Shown here piece by piece: positions 38,744-46,970 of a stretch of 63,803 nucleotides of DNA (the stretch's first letter is position 1; each line of letters begins with the position of its first letter). The notes beneath the pieces are model-generated. The model was not told the DNA's origin. It was given only the letters and a program-made list of their open reading frames with translations, and ran no database searches. The stretch comes from Methylocystaceae bacterium (GTDB taxonomy: Bacteria > Pseudomonadota > Alphaproteobacteria > Rhodospirillales > Terasakiellaceae): positions 1 through 63,803 of the forward strand of contig JABXIC010000077.1 of NCBI GenBank assembly GCA_013373265.1, written 5' to 3'. Both the position numbers and the translations under genes were made by a program.

Positions 38744-39946
38744 TTATCCCTTACGTACCTGATTTAAGGCGGCCTGAGTTTGATTAATCATAGCTTTAAA
38801 TTGATCTTGCGGCATCCAATGCTGAAAGGGGAAGGATATCATATTATCAAAGAAGCGATCTGTTTGTGGACAGTTCGCTTGCCCAAAGCCAGCTTTTTGG
38901 AACATAGGATAGCGATATAACGGACAATATTGAACAACTGCTCTAATTCCAAATGTGTAGGCGAGTAACGACATTAGGTCATCTCGCACTTTTCCAATGC
39001 CTTCGCCATCAAAGCGTGCGGTTAACAGGTGCCAAGAATGTTCGCAATCTCTTGGGATTTTCTGAAAAACCAATTCAGGGTAGTCTTTCATTGCATTGAT
39101 AAATTGTTCTGCGCGAATGCGCCTTTCTTGATTAATTTGGTCCAGGCGATCTAGTAATTTTGTGCCTAAGGCACATTGGACTTCTCCAAGGCAAAAGTTA
39201 TAAGGCCAAAGTCCGTCAATATCAAAATCCACATTGCTCATTGCCGGTTGCCAGTAATGTAAACGCTCTCCTTCAAAGCCGCACATTCCATTATGGCGTA
39301 ATCCCGGGACTAAAGCCGCATGTTGTGAAGATTTAACCGTCAACATTCCACCTTCGCCAAGTGTCGAGATGTTCTTATGTGTGTGAAAACTAAAACAACC
39401 GAAGTCACCAATTGACCCGGCCTGTTTCCCTTTATAAGTCACGCCGAGAGCTTGTGCGGCATCTTCAACAACTAAAACCCCATGTTGAGAAGCAAGTTCC
39501 ATAATGGGGTCCATATCACATATGAGGCCGTAAAGGTGAACAACGATAATGACTTTGGTTTTGGGTGTAATTAGGGGACGAATGGTCTCTGCGGTTACAA
39601 CACGTGTTTCAGCATCAATATCGGCCCAAATCATCTTTGCTCCGGTTCTAGCGAACGGAATAGCTGTTGCGGCAAAGGTATGAGCTGGCAGAATGACCTC
39701 GTCATTTTCAGTGAGATCACAAAGTAAAGCGGATAACTCCAATGCAGCAGTGCAACTTGAGATAGCAAAAGAATAGTTGGCATTTGTTAACTTTGTGAAC
39801 TTTTCCTCAAACACATTTTGATGATGGCCTTGGGTGAGCGGGTCGGCCTGTGACATAACATCAACAACTGTTGCAATTTCGTCATCTGTATAGGCTAAAC
39901 CGCGTCCGCTCCATGGTATCTGTATTGTATTGGTATTTGTGGGCAT
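38744..39946 (-). CDS. DegT/DnrJ/EryC1/StrS PLP aminotransferase
   Basis: SSCTAALEL, EDAAQALG, FSFHTHKNISTLGEGG. Confidence 0.9.
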   Translation of the reverse strand: MPTNTNTIQIPWSGRGLAYTDDEIATVVDVMSQADPLTQGHHQNVFEEKFTKLTNANYSFAISSCTAALELSALLCDLTENDEVILPAHTFAATAIPFARTGAKMIWADIDAETRVVTAETIRPLITPKTKVIIVVHLYGLICDMDPIMELASQHGVLVVEDAAQALGVTYKGKQAGSIGDFGCFSFHTHKNISTLGEGGMLTVKSSQHAALVPGLRHNGMCGFEGERLHYWQPAMSNVDFDIDGLWPYNFCLGEVQCALGTKLLDRLDQINQERRIRAEQFINAMKDYPELVFQKIPRDCEHSWHLLTARFDGEGIGKVRDDLMSLLAYTFGIRAVVQYCPLYRYPMFQKAGFGQANCPQTDRFFDNMISFPFQHWMPQDQFKAMINQTQAALNQVRKG

Positions 39947-39949
39947 GGC

Positions 39950-40615
39950 TTATGATTTACTTTCATCATGTTTTGTGCGCAGTTGTTCTTCGTAATGATC
40001 CCACTTTTGTGTATCATTTGTCATGTTTTCTGCATGACGACGGTATCTGTAGAGGGGAAGCTCTAAGCGGCTTATATTGTATCGTTTTAAAAAGCGTGTT
40101 CGAAGGTCTCGATCTTCGTGCATTAAAAAACCATCATCATAAAGACCGATCTCAATAAGGTGATCAGTTCTAAACATAATACCGCATCCGATCGGTTGCT
40201 CCATACAATTTACACGTTGAAGCACGTTTTCAAGATCATCTACCAACAGATAATCACAGGCTATGGCATCCATATAGGTGTTTTCTTCTAAAAAGCGATG
40301 CATAATATAAAGGTAATCTGCAGTTACATAGTCATCTGCATCAACACGTACAATATACTTACCACGGGCAGTTTTTATGGCCTTATTTAAGCTGCCTGGT
40401 AAACCCAGGTTTTCGTCATTATTAATGATGCGAATTTCGTCTTTGAAAATATTTAAAGCATAGTCAGTTCGGTCTGTACTTGCATCATTGACAACAATGA
40501 CTTCAAACCGTTCACCAATTATATTTTGCTTTAGAATGGATCGGATTGATCTGCCGATGTGTTTTTCCTCATTAAAAGCAGGAATAATAACAGAAATTTC
40601 AGGAGTTATAATCAT
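39950..40615 (-). CDS. Glycosyltransferase family 2
   Basis: [36 protein letters not shown]. Confidence 0.9.
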   Translation of the reverse strand: MIITPEISVIIPAFNEEKHIGRSIRSILKQNIIGERFEVIVVNDASTDRTDYALNIFKDEIRIINNDENLGLPGSLNKAIKTARGKYIVRVDADDYVTADYLYIMHRFLEENTYMDAIACDYLLVDDLENVLQRVNCMEQPIGCGIMFRTDHLIEIGLYDDGFLMHEDRDLRTRFLKRYNISRLELPLYRYRRHAENMTNDTQKWDHYEEQLRTKHDESKS

Positions 40616-40634
40616 TTAGTTAGACCCTACCTCA

Positions 40635-41711
40635 TTACATGCGTTCAAATATTCTGCGAACAGTACTTGGCGTTAATGTCTTTTTGAAATCATCACCCAG
40701 TGCATTCATTAAAGGTTTCTCGTGCACAATCGTGGCATCATAAAGGTTTTGATGTTGTTTATCAGTTAAATTCGCGCAAAGGCCAGTCGGTAATTTTATG
40801 GATTGTTTCTCTAGCATACGGTGAAATTCTTGCGTTTGAGAGGGGTAGAATTGATCCATTACATTCATAACGATACAATTTCCAATGCAATGGTGCAGTC
40901 CTAAAACCATACTTAATCCAGCAGAGAAAGGATGCACAACGCCAACAAAACTGTTCCCAATGGCGCTTCCTCCCATAAAAGAGGCAACCATTAAAGATTC
41001 GCGGTTTTCTTTAGACTGCATATCATCAGACAGAAATATTTTTCGCGATAAAGATAATGCTGCATCTGATAAGGCATCTGCAAAGGAGTGACGATAACGG
41101 CCTTCAAGAGATTCAATACAATGAATAAAGGTATCCATCCCTGTATAGAAATATTGATCTTTGGGGACTGAGGCAGTCAAATCAGGGTCCATGATTAGGC
41201 GGTTGTAAACAGTGTAATCGCTATTATGGCCGAGTTTTAATTTCTTGGCATGATTCATTAAGACACAAGTACGTGATCCTTCTGCACCAGTTCCAGATAT
41301 TGTCGGAATGCCAATTTTAAAAATACCTGGCCCTGGAACTAAATCCCATCCTTGGTAATCTTCTGCTTTAGCACCGTTGGGTATTAGATTTGCGATGGCT
41401 TTTGTTATATCTAATGTGGAGCCACCACCGATACCGACTGCTGCAATGATTTCCCCTTCGCGCTGAAACTCCTCAGCAATTTTATCGACTTGTTCAGTTG
41501 TAGGTTCATCTGTTGTGTCAATAAAATAAAGAATGTCATTTTCCCGAATGGGTAATTTGTCTTTTAGATCACTTTTCAGGAAATAATGGTCAATAAGATA
41601 AGCGACTTTGCCAGTATTATTTGTTTCTTGGAGAGGCTTTAATAAGGTATCTAAATTCTTAAGGGCACCAGAACCAAGGTAGTAATCACCAACTGTTTTT
41701 GTAAGACGCAT
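40635..41711 (-). CDS. Iron-containing alcohol dehydrogenase, KdnB-like (ulosonate oxidase/dehydrogenase)
   Basis: GIGGGSTLD, YQGWDL, IPTISGTGAE-SRT, KLG-NSDYT, FYTGMD-FIHC-ESLEG and LG-HH-IGNCI match the recalled Shewanella KdnB. Start moved to ATG 41711 (GAGGA RBS). Confidence 0.8.
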   Translation of the reverse strand: MRLTKTVGDYYLGSGALKNLDTLLKPLQETNNTGKVAYLIDHYFLKSDLKDKLPIRENDILYFIDTTDEPTTEQVDKIAEEFQREGEIIAAVGIGGGSTLDITKAIANLIPNGAKAEDYQGWDLVPGPGIFKIGIPTISGTGAEGSRTCVLMNHAKKLKLGHNSDYTVYNRLIMDPDLTASVPKDQYFYTGMDTFIHCIESLEGRYRHSFADALSDAALSLSRKIFLSDDMQSKENRESLMVASFMGGSAIGNSFVGVVHPFSAGLSMVLGLHHCIGNCIVMNVMDQFYPSQTQEFHRMLEKQSIKLPTGLCANLTDKQHQNLYDATIVHEKPLMNALGDDFKKTLTPSTVRRIFERM

Positions 41712-41729
41712 AGGATCCTCTAAACACAA

Positions 41730-42746
41730 TTATTTTGTTAAATTCGTATCAGAAATATTTGCTTTTGCTTCAAATAAAAATGACATCACATTAGTTGCAG
41801 CATTGAAATCAATACCATTTAGTTTTTCTTTCTTTGGCTCTAATAAAAAATCTGCAGCTTGTCTATATAAGTTTTCGATTGCGGTTTCATTACCTTCGGC
41901 GAGAAAAGGCGTTGTAATTTTTAATTCGCGTTCATTAATATCATTGATTTGGACCTCGTCTAGAAATATCTCATTTCCAAAATTCATGAAGCGGATACGG
42001 CCTGTCTCAAAACGAAGTTCTCCCTCAAATAATTGAAAAGCATATTCTGGAAAACTTTCAATATAGATTGGACCGTTCTGATGTGCTTTTGCAGTTAAAT
42101 GAAGATTTAAAGAAGGATCATCTGCTCTATCATTAAAACCAGTATGAATGTAGGAAATTCCCAGATTTGTTTCCAGTAACATTTGTAGAGTATCAATAAC
42201 ATGGCTGCCAGTGTGAAGCCACCCACCATAGTAAACCCAATGTGCAGATATAAAATCCCCCCATGTTTTCGCAGCAATCTTTTTTGATAGCGTTTTATGC
42301 CTGTTATCAAACCGACGGGAATGATTGACGATAACATTCATTGAACAAATATCGGGACAGTTTTTTAATTCATCGAGTTGATTTTTTGAGATGCATAATG
42401 GTTTTTCCATAATTACCAAGTTGGGTCGAGATTTGTGGGTTGCTATTTCTTTCAATATATCTGCATGCGTAGTATCTGGTGTGCAGATTACAACGAGGTC
42501 ACATTTGATGTTGCTTAGCATAGTCTGGATATCTTGATAGGTGTCTCCACCCCATTTTTCGGCAAAAGCGGGCGCTTTTTTGAAGTCAGTATCAACAACA
42601 CCCGCGATTACAAACTCAGGCAATTTTGTTATAGTTTGAGCATGGGTTGTGGGTGGTTCAGTTGTGATATCTGCGAAAAATCCAGAAATTTTTCCTGTAC
42701 CTATGAGACCAACTTTTATTTTGTTCTTATTCTGTTTTGTGTTCAT
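41730..42746 (-). CDS. Gfo/Idh/MocA family oxidoreductase
   Basis: VGLIGTGKIS, ICTPDTTH, MEKP, NHSRRF, GSHVID. Start moved to ATG 42746. Confidence 0.88.
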   Translation of the reverse strand: MNTKQNKNKIKVGLIGTGKISGFFADITTEPPTTHAQTITKLPEFVIAGVVDTDFKKAPAFAEKWGGDTYQDIQTMLSNIKCDLVVICTPDTTHADILKEIATHKSRPNLVIMEKPLCISKNQLDELKNCPDICSMNVIVNHSRRFDNRHKTLSKKIAAKTWGDFISAHWVYYGGWLHTGSHVIDTLQMLLETNLGISYIHTGFNDRADDPSLNLHLTAKAHQNGPIYIESFPEYAFQLFEGELRFETGRIRFMNFGNEIFLDEVQINDINERELKITTPFLAEGNETAIENLYRQAADFLLEPKKEKLNGIDFNAATNVMSFLFEAKANISDTNLTK

Positions 42747-43488
42747 TTCGGAAAGCTTTCCAACGTCTGGGAACATTAATGTTCATTTTTTTAATTCTAG
42801 GATTGTTATCCATAAAATGGATAATATCTTCTAAACTCATATCTAATTTTTCTGAGAAATGATCAAAAATATGTTTTATAACGATCATATCTTCTTCCGT
42901 ATCGACCTCTAATTCAAGTTCTGGACGGTTTAACGGGTGTGGTGCTTCAATATTATGAAGGCGATATCGTTCTGGGTTTTGTCGAATGTATAGGGTGCCA
43001 TGTTCACGTATTGCAGGGTCATTACATTTTTCTTCCGCATCATTTAAAGACTTCATAGAAAAGACTTCAACTTCCATTCCGGGTGGATAACTTGTCTTAA
43101 GGTCGTTGCTAAGAAAATCAACATGGTTCAAATTTTCCAGATATCTATTTACTAATTCGTCAACGATTGCGGGATCTACAAGAGGACAATCTCCAAAGAC
43201 TAAAACACCGATCTCAGCATGCATGTAATTTAAAGCATTGGTGAGGCGGTTTAAAACATTCTCTTCAGAACCCTGAAAACAAGGAATATTTCGCTCTTTA
43301 CAATAGTTTGCAATAGCTTTATCTTTTTTATCTGTAGAAGTCGCGATGATAACAGAACTTAAATTGTGGCAAAGGGCTAATCGATTTAACAGGTGGCCCA
43401 GTAGAGGAGTTTCGTTTACTGGCATAAGGATTTTTCCAGGTAATCGGGAAGATCCCATTCTGACAGGTACTACACAAACAATATTCAT
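42727..43488 (-). CDS. SpsF-like cytidylyltransferase (first gene of the left operon)
   Basis: VRMGSSRLPGK, IIATS, GSEENVL, GDCPLVDP, YPPGM, LEVDTEED. Confidence 0.88.
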   Translation of the reverse strand: MNIVCVVPVRMGSSRLPGKILMPVNETPLLGHLLNRLALCHNLSSVIIATSTDKKDKAIANYCKERNIPCFQGSEENVLNRLTNALNYMHAEIGVLVFGDCPLVDPAIVDELVNRYLENLNHVDFLSNDLKTSYPPGMEVEVFSMKSLNDAEEKCNDPAIREHGTLYIRQNPERYRLHNIEAPHPLNRPELELEVDTEEDMIVIKHIFDHFSEKLDMSLEDIIHFMDNNPRIKKMNINVPRRWKAFRNEHKTE

Positions 43489-43614
43489 CAGATAATTCCA
43501 AGTTCAGTCAATTGATCAATTCATGAAGCAAAATATGTGAATCGTAAACCCATAAAGTGGGTCGTAAAGCACTAAAAAGATGATAAAGAACATCATCCAG
43601 ATAAAAATTATGAG
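43489..43614. promoter_or_regulatory. Divergent promoter region driving both arms
   Basis: Only divergent intergenic region in the window. Contains palindrome AATTGATCAATT (43510-43521) and short inverted repeats ACCCA-N5-TGGGT and GATGAT-N7-ATCATC. Confidence 0.6.
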
Positions 43615-44652
43615 ATGACCTTGAATAATAACGGAACAATACTTGTCACTGGTGGCGCAGGTTACATCGGTAGCCATACGACTTTATCTTTATTAGAGTC
43701 CGGATATGATGTCGTTATTCTGGATAACTTATCAACTGGTTCAAAAGAGGCTGTACCTGAAGAAGCAGAACTTATAGTTGGCGATATCGATGATGAGATG
43801 CTGGTTAACGCTATATGCAAAGATTATCAAATCAAGGCAGTTATCCATTTTGCAGGTAGCATTATTGTTCCCGAATCAGTAATTTCACCATTAAGTTATT
43901 ATGAAAACAATGTATCTAAAACAATTATTTTCTTGAATGTTTTACATGCTTCAGGTGTTGAAAAAGTTATCTTTTCCTCGACCGCAGCAGTATATGGATA
44001 TGCCCAAACTGATGAACCAATTCAAGAAAACGCTTTGGTTTCTCCTTTGAGCCCGTATGGAACATCAAAACTAATGATTGAGTGGGTCTTACGGGATATG
44101 TCTATGGCGTATGACTTTAATTATATAGTTTTACGTTATTTCAACGTTGCAGGAGCTGACCCTCAGGGGCGTACTGGTCAACGTTCACTTCAGACAACCC
44201 ATCTTATCAAAATGGTTTGTGAAACAATTCTAGGTGAACAAAAAGAACTTGTTATCTTTGGCGATGATTATAATACCCCGGACGGGACATGTGTGCGCGA
44301 TTATATACATGTGTCTGATCTTGCTGATGCCCATGTTAAGGCCTTGGTTTATTTGATGAATAATAAAAAAAGTGAAATTTTTAATTGTGGTTATGGGACA
44401 GGGAATTCGGTAAAAGATATTGTTGTTGCGGCTGAAAAAGTTTCAGGGGAACCTTTTCCAGTACATGTTGGCCCTCGGCGTGCCGGTGATCCACCTTCTC
44501 TAATTGCAAATTCCAATAAAATTCGTTCAGATCTTCAATGGGAACCCAAATATGACGATTTGTCAGTTATTGTGAAAACAGCATTAGATTGGGAGAAGAA
44601 GGAACTTTCTCAGAAATCACTCGAAGCAGAGTCGCCAAATGATCAAATGTGA
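43615..44652 (+). CDS. galE: UDP-glucose 4-epimerase GalE
   Basis: TGGAGYIGSH, IHFAG, YYENN, SSTAAVYG, PYGTSK, LRYFNVAGAD, PDGTCVRDYIHV, RRAGD. Confidence 0.95.
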   Translation: MTLNNNGTILVTGGAGYIGSHTTLSLLESGYDVVILDNLSTGSKEAVPEEAELIVGDIDDEMLVNAICKDYQIKAVIHFAGSIIVPESVISPLSYYENNVSKTIIFLNVLHASGVEKVIFSSTAAVYGYAQTDEPIQENALVSPLSPYGTSKLMIEWVLRDMSMAYDFNYIVLRYFNVAGADPQGRTGQRSLQTTHLIKMVCETILGEQKELVIFGDDYNTPDGTCVRDYIHVSDLADAHVKALVYLMNNKKSEIFNCGYGTGNSVKDIVVAAEKVSGEPFPVHVGPRRAGDPPSLIANSNKIRSDLQWEPKYDDLSVIVKTALDWEKKELSQKSLEAESPNDQM

Positions 44653-44808
44653 ACTTAAACCAAGTTATTAGGTAGCAAGGTTTTAATTTTTTAAGTGAGT
44701 CGGTTTCATGATCCTTTTCAACCTAACTAAATTGGGGCTCTCATTGGTAGTTCTTAAAAATGTTGTGTTTTGTGATGACCTGCTGATTATCAGAAATGAG
44801 ATTGTATA

Positions 44809-45549
44809 ATGTACGATATCGCAGGGTTTTTGTTGCCCAAAAATAAAGCAATTGATCCTGGCCTTTTGACGGTTTTTTCAGAAAAACAAGCTCACCGTGG
44901 ACCTGATGATTTAAGGTTTCTGGGTTGGCGTGCAGGCGATAGTAAGCTTCATATTTCACGAAACGTAAATGAATTTTCTGTCAATGCCCATGTTGAGTTT
45001 GTTCATCGCCGCCTCATCATTATTGATGAGTGTGAAGGCGGATGGCAGCCAAAATCAAGTGCCTGCGAGGTCTATGCCATTTGTTTCAATGGCGAAATAT
45101 ATAATTATGTGGAACTGCGCGAAGAGCTGAGATCAGCCAGAATAAGTTTTTCAAGTGAAGGTGATAGCGAAGTTCTGCTAAATGCGCTTATTCATTGGAG
45201 TGTTGAAAAGACAATCGATATTTCTTTTGAAGAAGCCGCAGCTGCATTACGCGAAAGGTTTCAAGAGTCTGTCAAAGTTCATTTGCGTTTTGACGTGTCT
45301 GTGGAGGCGACTCTGTCGGGTAAAGTTGATAGTTCTGCCGTTGTCATGGTCATGCGCACCCATGAAGGCGATGCTCTAGCCCCCCCTACTTTTAGCTTCA
45401 TTGCACTTAGTGCAGTCGAGGAACTCAAGAGCTTACTACTTGATTTTTATAAAATTCTGGATAGGCTAACTGGCTTATCTAGTTTTGGTGCTTTTCCCAT
45501 GCACGCGAGCGATGCAATGAGTTTATACGCTGAAGGCCTTGGAGAATGA
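44809..45549 (+). pseudogene. Degenerate asparagine-synthase-like (asnB) paralogue relic
   Basis: Colinear with 46970-48904 for 135 codons, but catalytic MCGI is now MYDI. About 116 codons are deleted in frame at 45213/45214 (EKT|IDISF), SGGVDS is now SGKVDS, and most of the synthetase domain is missing. Confidence 0.85.
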
Positions 45550-46667
45550 CTAAGCAGCCTTTAAAAATCTGTATTCTGGCGGCGGCCAGCAGTTCACATA
45601 CCTATCTTCAATGCGGTATTTTGCGTGACTTTGGTCATGAAGTGACCTTGGTGTCACCCGATAAGGGCCGTGTGCCTGAAGGGGTAATGTATGTATGTTG
45701 TGATGTGGAAAACCGTTCTGGCTTATCTGGGAAATTGCGCTGGTTAAAAGCCATTTATGATGGTGTTAAATCTGTGCATGCGGATGTTTATCATGCTCAT
45801 TACGCTGCTGAACTGACCACATGGATGGCAGCATTTTTAAACAAGCGCCCTTTTGTCATCAGTTGCTTGGGCGGGGATGTGTTGTTTGAAGAACAAGGCA
45901 CACAAGGTCCCATTGGGCAATGGTTGACCATTAAAGCTCTAAAAAAATGTGACCATATAACCGTGGTATCCAACTTTTTAGGCGATGCGGTGAAGCATTT
46001 TGGTATTTCACAAAACAAAATAGAACGAGTCGTCTGGGGGGTGAACCATCAGGTTTTCTATCCCTTAGACAACAAAAATGCCCTGCGTTCGGTTTGGTCG
46101 GTTGATGAAAAAGCGCAAGTCATATTCAGTCCGCGCATGCTGAAACCGTTTTATAATCAGATGATGATGCTGGATATTTTGCAACAGGTTGTTGAAAAAT
46201 TCCCTCATGTGGTTCTGGTCTTTGCGACCTATAATCAAGAGCTGACCTATCGTCACGACATAGACAAACGCATCACAGAACTTGGCTTAAATGACCATGT
46301 CCGTTTTGCTCCGCCGATGAACCAGCCTGAAATGATGCAAGCCTATAATAGTGCAGACTTGGTGCTAAGTTTATCGCCATCGGATGGCACACCTGTTTCT
46401 GTGATGGAAGCCATGGCCTGTGGCACGCCGGTTGTGATGGCTGATCTTGAAAGATATAAAGAATTTTCCACCCACAAAGAAACCGGCTGGTTTACCAAAA
46501 TTACTGTGCCCGATGTGGTGGATGCGCTGTCGACATTATTGGAAGACCAAACGCTCTATAATAGTATAAAAGTTAAGGGGCAGGCGCTTGTAAAAGAAAA
46601 AGCCGATTTACATTCGCAATCACGTTTATTAGAAGAGATTTCGTATCGTCTACTTGAGCAGAGTTAA
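45546..46667 (+). CDS. Glycosyltransferase family 4
   Basis: YHAHY, GGDV, WGVN, SPR, DGTPVSVMEAMACG. Confidence 0.9.
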   Translation: MTKQPLKICILAAASSSHTYLQCGILRDFGHEVTLVSPDKGRVPEGVMYVCCDVENRSGLSGKLRWLKAIYDGVKSVHADVYHAHYAAELTTWMAAFLNKRPFVISCLGGDVLFEEQGTQGPIGQWLTIKALKKCDHITVVSNFLGDAVKHFGISQNKIERVVWGVNHQVFYPLDNKNALRSVWSVDEKAQVIFSPRMLKPFYNQMMMLDILQQVVEKFPHVVLVFATYNQELTYRHDIDKRITELGLNDHVRFAPPMNQPEMMQAYNSADLVLSLSPSDGTPVSVMEAMACGTPVVMADLERYKEFSTHKETGWFTKITVPDVVDALSTLLEDQTLYNSIKVKGQALVKEKADLHSQSRLLEEISYRLLEQS

Positions 46668-46970
46668 ATGCCCCTTTCTTCCCCGACTATTCTTGTGACC
46701 GGCGCAAACGGTTTTATCGGTCATCATGTGGTGGAAGAATTGCGTACTCAAGGTGAAACGGTCCTTTGTATTGGCCATAGTGATGTGGATTTAGCTGAAG
46801 CGACTTACCCGCTGCCAGACACAATTCAGACCATCTATCACTTTGCACGGCAAAATCTGGAAGTTTCTTACCGGGTAGCCGATATCACAAAGCTTACCTC
46901 TTTAAGTGGTTGGAAACCGACAGTTTTTTTAACTGATGGTTTGGCCCGTGTTGTGGCGGAGATGGGCTGA
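46668..46970 (+). pseudogene. Internally deleted NAD-dependent epimerase/dehydratase relic
   Basis: N-terminal ILVTGANGFIG...IYHFA joins directly (about 46847) to C-terminal ADITKL..GWKP...DGL; the catalytic YxxxK core is absent (100 aa versus about 300 typical). Confidence 0.8.

Noticed and set aside
43545-43590. Sigma-28 flagellar promoter or FNR box in the divergent region
   Set aside because: TAAA is not followed by a GCCGATAA-like -10 at the correct spacing, and the TTGAT/ATCAA halves overlap instead of being 4 nt apart.
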